From Paraspadella gotoi (Eukaryota; Animalia; Chaetognatha), in NCBI GenBank assembly GCA_051294375.1, contig CM119263.1:25696436-25760435 (forward strand): a stretch of DNA of 64,000 nt, written 5' to 3'. Within the stretch, counting starts at the first letter, position 1; each line of letters starts with the position of its first letter. The notes under the pieces were generated by a model. It did no database searches and was not told the origin of the DNA. It saw nothing but the letters and a program-made list of their open reading frames with translations. Position numbers and translations under genes: made by a program. This document shows positions 26,732 through 39,251 of the stretch, in pieces.

Positions 26732-28039
26732 CGAAATTTGTTTCTTAATAAAACTCGTATGTAAACAAAGAAAGGAAAAACAATATTTTTGTGTTATATT
26801 TTTTAAACGGTTAGCAATTGGGTTAAGGTTGGTTTGGGATTAGGGGTGGTTAGGAATTTGTAACAAAAAGTTTTTCTATCCTTACCAGTATCTTTTTTTA
26901 TTTTTGCGTAGCGAGATTTCTATATAAGTCGCTCATAAGCGAAAAAAAACCCCGACCGAATGTAAAAATAAGCCAAACGGTCCGTTTTTATTATATATAT
27001 ATAATATCACGATATACATACTAGTGACCACAGATTGCAAAAATCACGCCATTACATAGTGACAACGTTATGTCAAAAATTTGCCACAAGAGTCAAGGTT
27101 TAATCAAAGTATTTACTATTTAAGCATCAGACGAAGGGAGCAGGTACAACTTAGTTAAATTAGAAGAATTTTCTTTACTTGTAAAGTGGAGACGATGGGA
27201 AACGGAGTGAGTGTTAATATCAAAAATTGTGCGCGAAGAAAAATTGAATTGATGAAAATCATGATTCCTCTGTAAGACAGCCTTCATTAGAAATAGCATT
27301 TACTCTTTCAAAACCGGTGACGATTTTTGACACTATATATCGTTTTTCAGTTTGATTCATTACAGATTCTCGGAGAAAACATCATATTGACTGTCATTTT
27401 ACCGGGAATTCAGAAAGTCTTTTCAAGCGATGCCCTTTCCAATCTATTTACAGTTTGGCAAACGAAACGGCAGTTATTTTCTGAAAAATTTTGTTCCCGA
27501 TGTCATTGGCAATGACGAAATTCTGTTTTCAAGACGCAAATCTCCAAAGAAGTATCGATTTTTGGGTGAAGGATTGTCTTATGATTAAAGGTCCGACTAG
27601 TTACGACATACAATAATTTTTTTTAGGTAGGGTTAATAATTTCTACAGTTGGTTCGAGAAGTTACTCTTCCAAGCTCTGAAATCCTAGCTGCTAGAAACC
27701 TTTTATTGAATCTTCATTTTTTGAAAAAAAAAATGTTTTAAAAAAAAATTTATTGGGTTCAAATTGAACAAATAACGTAAACCAATCACAGTTAAAAATA
27801 AAATCGCTTTAAATAATGCGTTCTGATAACGCGACCTACTGATTCGTTCCGAGGCCACTTAGCTTAATTAATGATTACACTTATTGAATTGTTTAATTAC
27901 CGATAAAAATTTACTTTACTTTCAGTTCACGAGCGCTAAGCGGTGCTGGCCATGAACATCGCCTTTTATATAGGCTTGGAATAGCTCTCTTCACCGTAAG
28001 CAACATTTTTGGAATGATTCCGATTATAATTTTGCATCT

Positions 28040-31000
28040 TCATTTTTTAAGCTCGTACGAACGTAATTCTTGTTTTCCATGAGCAAAATTACAAGCGTCT
28101 TTAAAGGGGCAGAAACCCTAAAAATAAGGATAATCAATAAAAACATTTTTATACATATTTAACTGAAGTAATAAATACTTTTTTCGCCCAATTCCAGCAT
28201 TCTTTCGTTTTAAACGGCGGATGTGGCTTTGAATCCTCATTCGATCCGTCGAAGTTTTCCCGCGTCGGATGAACAAAGGGGCAATGTTGACTCCAGCATG
28301 CCGCACCGTGCTTGCATAATCTTTGAGAATTTCTGTTTAGGAATTTTGATAATCGTAAATATAATGAGTAATATTAATAATTTTCATTTGAGAAAAAGAA
28401 AAAAATGTAATGTTCCATTCAGCATAATTTTACTTTCATTAGCGGAGGTAAGGGGAGGTTTAAGGTTAAGGTTTAAAAGTAATTTAAAGTTAAACGTGAT
28501 TAAGGGGTTTAGAGTTAGTGAACTTAGGTAATAATTTATATCAGTTTTTTTAATAATACAATTTTTTTACATTATTATTAAAAAGAAGACAAAATCTCAG
28601 TCGGCGAAAGTAAAATTTTACCTTCAATTCCTTACTCCTTAGCATAGTACACACTAAATAATATTTTATACAAATCAAACGAGAGCAAAGCAAATACTAA
28701 TCAATTATAACAAAGGTGTTGAATATGCCAGAACTTACGCAAATGGTCTCCTGTTGGGGTAAAAATTTTCACCATTTGTTGATGTAGCATGGTAATCACC
28801 AGATGGTTTTGCCTAAAAAATAAGTAATAAAAGCAGTTACAAAAGCATTAAGACAATAACAATTAGGATAAACCTACCTCGGTTTTAGCTTCTTCTACTA
28901 TTTTTTCGGTTTGACCTAAATAAAAATAATTTTTAACCATTAATTTAGGCTGATAAGTCATTGCTGGAGCTATATTTTTTAAGAAAAGTAAACGGTTTTG
29001 CGCTTTGGTTCTCTCAAAGTTAATGATGAAAAAAGTGACACTTAACAACCTTTATCAAACCGTTCGTTATATACTTAGGCAAACATCCCTTCATTTATAC
29101 GCAATTATGACTTAAAATTTTAGCTCAAAACCGAGTTTTAGTTCAAATAAAACGCACTTCACAAAATTTATTTGTTGCAAAACTATTAAATTTTATGCCC
29201 TAATTTTTTAGGTACCAGATGCACTGTTCATATGAAACATTTTATTAGAATTGTGAACATTTTGAAGTATTTTTGTTCAACAAATTGTAATAAAATGTAA
29301 AAATATAAGTTTTTGACCAGTCAATTTTTAAATTAATTCTTAGGTAAACAATAGATGACCAACTGCAAATGAACCGACTCAGAGGTAAAGAAGATAAGGA
29401 CCCGTAAGCCAACGATCTTGGCATTCAAATCTCAAGACAATAGACAAAAATGGACATAATTTTTTTAATTAAAAGTAGCAAAAATGATATTAATTCTGGA
29501 TTAGAAAATGCAGCAGATGATTTCAATTAATCCCTAATCGAGCCCACTTTGTCCGAGGGCTCAAATTTAATCAATTTTGTTGATAATATTCTAGCAACAT
29601 AAAAAGTAGTTTTTTTGCTGAATTCCTTGATCAAAATCACTGCCCAGTCTGCCAAGTATTAACTAAAACTTGTATTTATAAAAGAACTGCATCAGAATTC
29701 CATATTTTATTCTTTATAGTTTTAGGATTTCCTGAAGATAGCGCAATTAGTCACTTATATTTGAGGTTTTTTTCTGTCTTCACAAATGAGTAACTATAAG
29801 TAGGGGTAGCCGCACTCAATGGACAAAAAATTTCTTATATGACTCTATACCCTAGTAATTAATTTTTAAATATTTATTTATAAATAAGGCCAAAAATTTA
29901 TTTGAAAAATTTTTAATTTCAAAACCAGATTCAGATAGCTCATAAAAAGTTGTCTAAAAGTATAGTTCTTTTTTAAGATTTTTTTTATTTTTATGATAAA
30001 TAGGTTGAAAATAAGAAAAACTATAAAAAATCATCATCTTTCGCTTCACCAGTTTTTTTAGATTTTTATTGAGAAAACGTAAGAATTTTTGTTTAACTTT
30101 TTATCCATAAAAAAATTTAAAGATTTCAAAAAAAAAAAATTATTTATATTGTAATATAATAATTTTAATTAGGATAGTACCCTCATAAAAAAGCATTTTT
30201 GACAAAAAATATTTTAATACTATAATCTATGCTCATGATTGATTATTTTAACGCTGTATACATTAGCATATAAATTTCATTGGCTATGGCTACTATAAGC
30301 GAGTTATGAGAATTTTTAACATGAGTGGGACAGACCGACCGACAGACATACCGACCGACCGACAGACATACCGACAGAAATGTGACTTAGAGTTGCTCCG
30401 CGAGTACTCACGGCGCAACTAATAACAAAAATTAGTACCGCCGTTAATTTGTTGGGAAATATTATGTTTGGGTGAAACGATTGGCGAAAATATTCGAGTT
30501 TCTTCTTCCTCGTCTGAGATAAACTCCTCAAACTCTTCGTCGGATTGAAATGTCTCCGCCTCGTAGTTCATTGACTTTTGGAAACTGGGCATGAGAACCG
30601 CGGTGTCGTAAAAACCGTTGAATTTGGATTTCGTCCTAAAAAAAAATTTATTACATTTACAGTATGGTTTTTCTCGATTGTAACATTTCGTGACAGTATA
30701 TCTATGGAACTGTAAAATTTAAAAAGATTAATGATAGTCGGTTTTGAAGGTCTCGGTTTGGCATTTTGTATGATGTATCAGAACATACGTTTCTACATGG
30801 TAGTCTTATCCTTATTGGTAAAAAAAATATTATATAACTTTGGTCCCCCCTCAAAAAATTATCCATTCCCACCCCTTTCTGTTCAGCCTCTTAGATATTA
30901 TGATTTTTCATTAATGACTTTCTAACAGAAATGATGTGTGATATCTATTAAAAAACTAGGACAGATTGTAATCTAATCTTGTGTTCTATAGATACTCCTT

Positions 31001-34000
31001 CTATTTCCAGAAGACAACACTGACTTCCCCTTCCCAAATTGAGTTATTAGATATAATGATAAGTAAAATATTTTTTAAGAAAGAAAGAAAGAAAGTTAAT
31101 ACAAAGACTTATTAGAATTATGTAAAAATTCATCGATTTAAAAATGCCAGACGGCGGGCTACAAAATGAGCCATAATTTATGTATCTAGGGTGAAGGGAC
31201 TTTGAGATATCGCCACAGGAAATGTTACAATTAAGAAAAATAATACTGTAGTAGGCGCAGAACGGATTTTTAAACAAAGATTAAAACCTTACTCTGGTTG
31301 GTTCGTTCCTAGACAAGGCGGTTGTTCCCGGGTTCCGGAGTATTTATATGGAACAGGTTTAGAAAGTGGGTTAGCTGAAGCCCCAAAAACTTTAGTGTTC
31401 TCCGATCCAGTTGTCGATTTATTTCCAGAAGGCGGCGTCCCGATCGGTGGCAACGTATTAGAAATCCGGTTGGGAGATCCGAATACAGGTTGGTAATTGA
31501 CTTGCAACTCACTCAGTGCGGGTGAAACGAAAGATAAGCCTGTCACTGGTGACTCATTGTGAAACGATGGAAATAAAGAAGAATCACTCGCTGCTAATCA
31601 TTTGTCACCACAGGGGATTAAGGAAGGATCAAAAAAAGAGAAAATAAAAAGAAAATTTGAATTCAATTGCGACAAAAAATTTGGATGAAAAAACATTTCT
31701 AATTATTAATAATTAATCAATAATTACTAATACGCACCTTGCCCACTACGAATGTTTGAATTATCCTGTAATAATTTTGTGCTCAACTCTTTTTTTGAAT
31801 CTAAAGTGTTTAATAACGATGCTCCGCTTGATAAGGAGTTTGTGGCTGGGTCATTGTTTCTTGATTTAGGCAATAACTCGCCATTTTCTTGTCTGACATG
31901 CGCTAATAAATCACAAAATATAACAATTTTAAAAAAATAGATCAATTTTGCCATATGCTTTTTGAATAGAACTTACCCAGTTCTTTATCTTGTCGCAAAA
32001 AGTCAGTCGTCATTCTATTTGAATTACTTTCAAGGCCTAATATTGCTGTGTTTCCTAAATTAGTAAAAAAAATTGGAGGTTTTCGCACATTCTTAATTCC
32101 AAAATTGGGTTGATCTTTCTTTAATCTTGACACGCACCTTTTACAGATTTAACCGGATTACTTAATAAGATTTGTTCCGTCTTCCTACTCTTTTCTTCAA
32201 GCATTGATATTTCAATTGCTCGTCTTAACATTTCCATCTCTTCCATTTCAGACACTGGATGAATAGCCTGCAAGAAGCAAATACTTTTTGAGAATAACTT
32301 TAAAAAAAAAATCTTAAAAGCATAAGGATCGTCGCAATCGCAGCAAAAGCAGCAGAAGAAAAGAGAGAAAAAGAAAGAGCCCCTGCAGAGCCAGCTGCTG
32401 ACTCAAAAGGCAGCAGCAGAAGCAGTAGGAGAAAAGAAAGAAAAAAAATAAGCCCCTGCAGAGCCAGCAGCAGACTTTTTTTTCCCTATGATTATGAATC
32501 AGTGACTAGGGAAAAGAGAGAGGGAGAGAGACAAGTAATTAAAAGAGAAAAGAGAGAAAAAAATATGAAAATAAAAGAGAAAATTTGTTAGTTTTGATAA
32601 AACGTAAACAAAACATATTTAATAACTGTCCAGACTAAATTTTAAGCACATCAATGATGAGAAGCTTTATATAAATTTTCAGCTTCATACACCCAAATTT
32701 AAACATAAAAAAGGCGATCTATAATTTGGAACGCCGACGACGACAACGACGACACCACTTATGGGCAAAAGCGTTACAATATCGACGCAAACGCTAAGCG
32801 ATTGCGACGATAATTAAATCGTGGCTTATATTACCATATATCCACCATTTTCATCCCTCGGTCCGAGTGCAAGCACTTTTGACTGCTCACTATTTTGGTT
32901 TAAAATGACCGTGTTATTATTTTTGGGCGGTGGCGGATGCAATTGGGGTGGAGGATTAGCCGGAACAATATGATTCACTTTATTAGGAACTTCAAGGTTA
33001 ACAACCTAAAAATAATTGAATTCTAATGGTTATTTGTAAAAAAATAAGTATAATGTAAAAAAATTATACCGGGACCAAGTATATTGAGGCGAACTCTGGC
33101 CGATATTCCTCCTCTCCATGAGCAAAAACACATTGTTCTGGTTTTGACATAAAAGGACAGTAGCCGGCTTGCCACTTAAAACACATTTGACATTTCGGTT
33201 TCATTCGCATTTCATGTTTCCCATGAGCATACACACAAAATTCTCGTTTGGTGCAAACTCCAGTTTGTTGATAAACTTTACATATTTCTGAGAAAATAAA
33301 TTTTTAGCCTCAGTGCCGAAAACGAAATAGCCATGAAAGTAAATATTCCATCACCTGTTTTATACTTCATTCTTTTGATAGGATCAGTTTCTCTTAGCAT
33401 AAAATCGGGCAATTTTTTCATAGTATTAGCAAGTTCACGTTTTGTAGTCTTTTTAGTAGCAGTAATAAATTTTCCATCGTCGGGCTCTGGCTCGGGGGAC
33501 TGAGTTGAGACTTTTTCTTTAAAAATTGGGGGACAAATTATAATAACGTAAACACTCAAAAATAAAATGGAATTATATATTGCAGATAAGTCAACAACGT
33601 TAAACTGAATTGCAGCCATATTATCATGTTTGTAAGTAAAACATTATAACTGCTATGTCCATTGTCCAATGAAATATGGCTGCACTATCAGTTCTTACCT
33701 TGTACAGGATTTTCGTCCCAATCATCATATTTAGATTCCACGTCTGCGTCCCAGTCGCTAATTTCAGTCGCCGCCTTCATTGCTTGGTTCGCCTCTTTAT
33801 TCGCCCTTTGACGCTCCGTCTCTTGTTCTTCCAGTAATTTTCTTTGTTTTTCTTTATTCTCATTTTCCTCTCTCTCCCTTTTCTCTCTCTCCTCCCTCTC
33901 CTTTTTCTCCCTTTCTTCTCTCAGCTTCTGATTTTCCTCCCGTTCCTTCCTTTCCTTCTCTTCCTTCAGTCTCTGTTTTTCCTTTTGTTTCTTCTCTTTC

Positions 34001-35277
34001 TCCTCCTTCAGTTTTGCTTTTTTCTTCAGTTCTTCTCCAATTGAATGCGCTTCTTCGTCTCGTCGTTTCTGAAAAAAAAAAGGAATTAACATGATATGGA
34101 TGCTTCGCGCTCAAGTTGCAAAATTTAGCCAAGGAAATCGTTCTCACACCTGTTCTTCTTGAATTTCCTGCTTGGACTTCTTCTTTCTCGTTCGTTCTTC
34201 CTTCCATTCGTCGTAATTCTTTGCCTTCGTAGATCTTCTGTCCGTCGGCTTTTGGGTTCCCTCTTCGGGCGTGGAATCGCGGGACTGGAAACCGTGTTTG
34301 TCGGCCAAATACTCGTAGAACAGTTTTGCGTCGTCCTCGTCTTCAGGAATGTCAGGAGTCTCTTGCCTGCTCGCGTCGCTTCCCTATGAAGGAAAAATTA
34401 AAATTCACAAGCTGTACGGACAAGCTCTGGGAAATTTCAAGTCGTGCGTCGGTGTTCAATTACCACATCCTCATCATTGCAGTTGTTTTCGCGGGGAGTT
34501 CCTCTGTCGTCGCCCATTACATCTTTTTTCTCATTTGCTCTTCTTTCTTTTTGACGCTTCTTTTTCGCTTGGCGTTTCTCGCGCTTAATTTTTTCCTTTT
34601 CGGACTCCTGCGAAAAGTTATTATAGCAGAAAATACTAGAGAATGCCCTATTAATTCTATGAACTAATCAAAATACTTCGATTAAACTAACACAGATTAA
34701 ATTAAACCAGATTTAAATTGACCAAGTCCTACACATTCTCCCCGTTTTTATTTTCAACCTGATAAGTAGGTGGCGGCTTTTCCGGAAACGTAGGACTTTT
34801 CTTGCGGTTATGGGCGTTCCGTCGCTGGTAAGAGGAGTTAAAAGAGAAACCGAAACGCATCCCGGAAGAACGGCGTTCGAACATTTGCGAGAGAAGAAAG
34901 AATAGGATGTGATCGTCGTCAAACGGATCCAAGTTACGGCGCCCAAAGCCAAAACTGAAAAACTCGGGACCGCAATCTCCGTCAGAGTCAGAATCGTAAT
35001 CATCCTCGCGGTTTTCCGACAAATAACGATAAGCTTCGTTAATTTCCTGGAAAAATTGAAAAATTAATTTAAAAGTTCCGGGCGAGATACTACCTTGTCA
35101 GCTTAATGCCAAGATAACCTGAAATTTCTTTGTAGCGTTGTTATCGCCAGGATTTTTGTCGGGATGGTACTTGAGCGCCATCCGCTTGTAAGCGCTTTTA
35201 ATATCTGCTTCTTCGTCTTTCTCCGCATTTAGGCCCAATGCACTCAAATGCTTTAGTCTAGAACTTTCATTCGACAT
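28040..35277 (-). CDS. Multi-exon J-domain (DnaJ) protein with four CCCH zinc fingers and a UIM
   Basis: Exon 35277-35119 [20 protein letters not shown] and exon 35046-34759 EINEAYRYL; K/E-rich coiled coil at 34068-33699; CCCH pair at 33287-33070; UIM at about 32250-32193; CCCH fingers at 28326-28179 and 28117-28040 with stop TGA. Middle exons (about 28700-32100) only partly resolved. Confidence 0.75.
28426..28618. mobile_element. Short intronic MITE-like element with GGTTAA-type internal repeats
   Basis: AATTTTACTTTC ... GAAAGTAAAATT inverted ends; the same terminus is seen at 26569-26587. Confidence 0.45.
29790..30293 (-). repeat. Repeat family A copy (intronic)
   Basis: Reverse complement of 35841-36600, lacking the 141-bp insertion. 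Confidence 0.8.
30297..30425 (+). mobile_element. Helentron/HINE-like terminus
   Basis: GACCGACAGAC microsatellite followed by hairpin AGTTGC...GCAACT and an A-run, resembling DINE-1/HINE ends. A degenerate relative lies at about 39503-39620. Confidence 0.5.
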
Positions 35278-35840
35278 CTTTTAGGTTAATTTTAATAATA
35301 AATAGTATTTAACTTCCGCATTTGTCTCCAAGAGAGTTTTATATGCATATATTTTCTGTTTAATATGAAAATATTGTACACAAAGTAAGAATACACAGAT
35401 ATGGCTAAATCACATTAAACATTGTGCTAACTGTCAGCGACAATTAAGGGTTCAAGAACGTTATCAGTTCTTGTGAATCATGTACGTAAAGTTTGTTTAT
35501 AAAAGCATGACGTGGCAAGTTTTAATGATTCGATGATTCCAGTGCAATCTTGAAAAAAATGAAGGAACATTGACATATATAGAAATATATCTGCGGTTTT
35601 AAAATTATCATATGCATCAACGGGAAAAAATACCAAACTCTTAAATCAGAGAAGGAAAAGGACTTGTTTTCAAAGCAGGAAGCAAACAAAATCAATGAGG
35701 ACGTTATGCGGGATTTGACGAATTTTGATTCGTCGAGTGACGTCACAAACTGGTTACACAGGTTTTGGGAGCCGCGATTGTCTACAAAATTAAACAAAAG
35801 GCCTGACTTTCGTCAAGTCCAGACGACTTTTTGATTTATG

Positions 35841-36600
35841 GTAGCCATAGCCGATGAAATTAAAATGCTAATGTATACAACGTTAAAATAATCTATCATG
35901 AGCATAGATTTTAGTATTAAAATATTTTTTGTTAAAATTTTTTTTCTGAGGATACTAGCCTAATTAAAATTATTATATTACTATATAAAAAAAAATTGAA
36001 ATCTTAAAATTTTTTAATGGATTCCTATAGAGCATAAAAAGTTAAACAAGAAATATAATTACAGCTTTTAAAAATTCTTACGATTTCTTAGTAAAAATTT
36101 TAAAAAACTGATAAAATTATTAAAAGATGATAATAATGTTAATTTTTTATGGTTTTTCTTATTTTTGACCTATTTATCATTGTAGTGTAATCCTTTCTTT
36201 TTGTTGTGTAGAGATAATTAAGAGTTTGAAATTGATATCAACAACGATTTATTTTGTTTTAATGGACATGTTTCGGCTTAGGTACAAGCCTACTTCAGCA
36301 TTAGCAACAATAACTGTTAACACCTATTTATCATAAAATATTTAAAAAAGAATTATACTTTGTGTATACAACTTTTTATGAGCTATCTGAATCTGGTCTT
36401 AAAATTTAATTTAATTTAATTTAATTCCTATCTATAAAGAAATATTAAAAAAATAATTATTAGGATATTGAGCCATATAAGAAAATTTTTTATCCATTGA
36501 AAGTATACTTAAAAATGTTTGAGCTTGTACTCACTCTAAATTTTTGACTCGCCCCATTTAGTGCGGCTACCCCCATTTATGGAGGGGTTACTTCACTTTT
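35841..36600 (+). repeat. Repeat family A copy, interrupted by a hammerhead insertion
   Basis: Matches 3089 and 30293(-). Confidence 0.8.
36260..36303 (-). ncRNA. Type I minimal hammerhead ribozyme
   Basis: Minus strand: TAATG CTGAAGTA GGCTT gtacct AAGCC GAAA CATG TC CATTA, giving 5-bp stem I, 5-bp stem II, palindromic stem III ACATGT and a GUC cleavage triplet. Confidence 0.75.
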
Positions 36601-36634
36601 AACAAAGGAAGAAAAACTTATCATAATTAATCAA

Positions 36635-37650
36635 ATGAAATTGGTACAACCAATATAATATATACATATGTTATATGCACGATATATCATTATTATACTA
36701 TAATTTAGGCATGAAATTGGTATAACCAATATAAAAATTATCCATTCATTTAATAAACAAGCTATCTTGCCCCTGACTTTGGACAGGCTTTAGTGGTTTA
36801 AGGCCTTCATCACTCTTACAAGATAATGATATAGCAGGTCCCTGCAAGCTTTCAATCAAGACTTTCTCACAGTCTCATTTATTCACTCCAAGAGTACCTG
36901 GCTTCCCTATTTAATGAAGTGGTATAATATTTCGAATAATATTTTAATTGAATGAAAAAACCACTCCCTTAAGTATTAGATCGGGGAATATTATATTGTA
37001 CTCCACACTAAAATCAAAATACATGGAGCTTAAATTTATGAAACTAGTACAACCAATATAAAATTATTTATTCATTTAATAAACAAGCTATCTTGCCCTT
37101 GACTTTGGATAGGTTTTGGTAGTTTAAGGCCTCCATCATTCTTACAAGATAATGATTCAGCAGCAGAGTTACCCAAATTTTTAATTACACCAGATGAAGG
37201 TTCACAACTCATTTTATTAGGATCTTTTTTGTCTGTAGAAGACATTGGGACTGATAAACCTGAAAAAAATTGACCGGAAAGGAACTCTCCAGAGTTTCCA
37301 AGTGATGGAGTACTTTTGCGGTTTTTCTTTGATCGTAATCTTATATGTGAAATTAATTTTAAGGATTTCTTTAATAAAATAATGATTAAATCAATACTTG
37401 ATTTAATTTTGAAATACGTTTTTGATGTAGACTTTATATTTTTTATTAAACCTTTTATTTTTAATAATATAATATTATGAAATTGGTATAACCAATATAA
37501 AAATTATCCATTCATTTAATAAATAAGCTATCTTGCCCCTGACTTTGGACAGGCTTTGGTGGTTTAAGGCCTCCATCACTCTTACAAGATAATGACATAG
37601 CAGGTCCCTGCAAGCTTTCAATCAAGACTCTCTTACGGTCCCGTTTATTC
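36635..37650 (+). repeat. About 330-bp unit repeat family B (locally tandem, also dispersed)
   Basis: Unit ATGAAATTGGTATAACC... at about 36711, 37039 and 37477; relatives at about 3860-4085, 39850-40135 and 61770-61885 (-). Confidence 0.8.
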
Positions 37651-38542
37651 AATAAAATATAATTTATAATATAAAAATATAAAGATGATCATTAGTTTTT
37701 TGATAAAATACTTACTAAAAGTTATTCTTAAATTTTGTGAAGAATAAATATTAAAAGAATAATATTTAGCAGTACTTACTGAAAATAAAATCAAAATACT
37801 CAATATTAAACTTTAAAAACTAAAAGAAAATAAAAATGATTAAAATTTATAATTATATGCTCCATAACTTTTTAGAATTTCTTGAGCTCTTTCTGGCTTA
37901 AATTTGCGCCTTTATTACAAGAGAACTGTCAAATTTAGATTAAAACCATCAATATTTTCAAAATCTGCAGAGTCTTTGCTTTTAGTAAATATCAAAAGTG
38001 GCTGACAAAAGTGATTGGAAAATGGCCCAATTATTACTTTTGTGCCATGAATAAATTTTTTTCTCCTAGAAATTGTAAACTTTTATTGTTTTTAAAACAG
38101 ATTCAAATCTAAAACAGTATTTCATAAAAAAATTCAAATAAAATTTTTGAATCTTCTTGGTCTTGCCTTTTATTAGATAGCTAGATTGTATATATTATTG
38201 ATCAAATTATGTTTTGTGAATATGTATCAAACAAAATAAACTAAGGGGAAAAATATTATATTTAATTAGTATAGCATTAGTATAGATTTATAAATGGCCA
38301 AGATAAATAAGAAGTATATATAAAAATTTATGCTAGAAATAGTTAGGTAAACAAAACTTTTCTTCTTTCTGTTTAGATATTTTGACTCTTTGGTAGAGAA
38401 TTTAGTGATGACCCTGAATGAGAGTCGTGTTGTTTGTAAGAAAGTAAATTAGGATCCGGTAGAAGGCTTGCTGCATGGTCTAACTGATGCATCATTTTTT
38501 ATTTTATTGCAAGTCTAAACTAGTATTAAACTTACAAAAGTT

Positions 38543-39251
38543 TTAATCAGCATTAATAACGATTTTATTAATAATAAAGGTTTCGACTCTAGCTTTTATG
38601 AGTCTTTTTCAGCGGTTTGACTCAACAGATTTCGGTTTCACAAAGATTCCCTTCCAACAAAGAATTGAAGAAAAGATAGTGGTCAGAAATGAGGATAGGT
38701 TGAGGTGAGAATAGGGAAGGAGAGAGAGCGAATAAATTTGAAACTAGTAAAAGAGAAAAAGAGAGAAAGTGAGAGGGAAAAATTATTATATTAAGCAATA
38801 TACAACAAAGATAGATTTAAATTAAGCAAACTTAATTTTAAACTAAAGAAATAATAATAATAAAGATGAATAAGTTAGATAATGAGATGTAAGTAAAAAT
38901 GAAATAGAAAAATAAGTGGTTAGGGATGGATAAGATAAGAGTAAGTGAAAATAAGTAAAGAAAAGAGCTCAAAATTGCCAAATGTAGTGATTTTTCCCTC
39001 TCTCTCTTACCAGTTTCAAATTTATTCACTCTCTCTCCTTCCCTATCCTCACCTTCACCTGTCTTCCCATCTATCCTTTTCTTAATTCTTTGTTGGAAAC
39101 TTTCTTTCTCTCTCTCTCTCTCTCTCTCACCAACTCAATGTTTGTGAAACCGAAATCTGTTGAGTCAAACCGCTGATAAAAACTCAAAAAAGCAAGAGTC
39201 ACAACATATCCGACCCTTATTTTTGATAAAATCGTTGTTATTGCTAATTAA
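38543..39251. mobile_element. Foldback element with a degenerate hammerhead in each arm (Penelope-like inverted pLTR remnant)
   Basis: Arms about 38543-38780 and 38990-39251 are reverse complements; hammerhead-like cores at 38580-38615 (-) and 39170-39213 (+). Confidence 0.65.

Noticed and set aside
26569-28618. 19-bp inverted repeats that seem to delimit a 2-kb transposon capturing the last CCCH exons
   Set aside because: The right repeat has a closer partner at about 28426, forming a small intronic element, and the enclosed exons continue the host gene normally.
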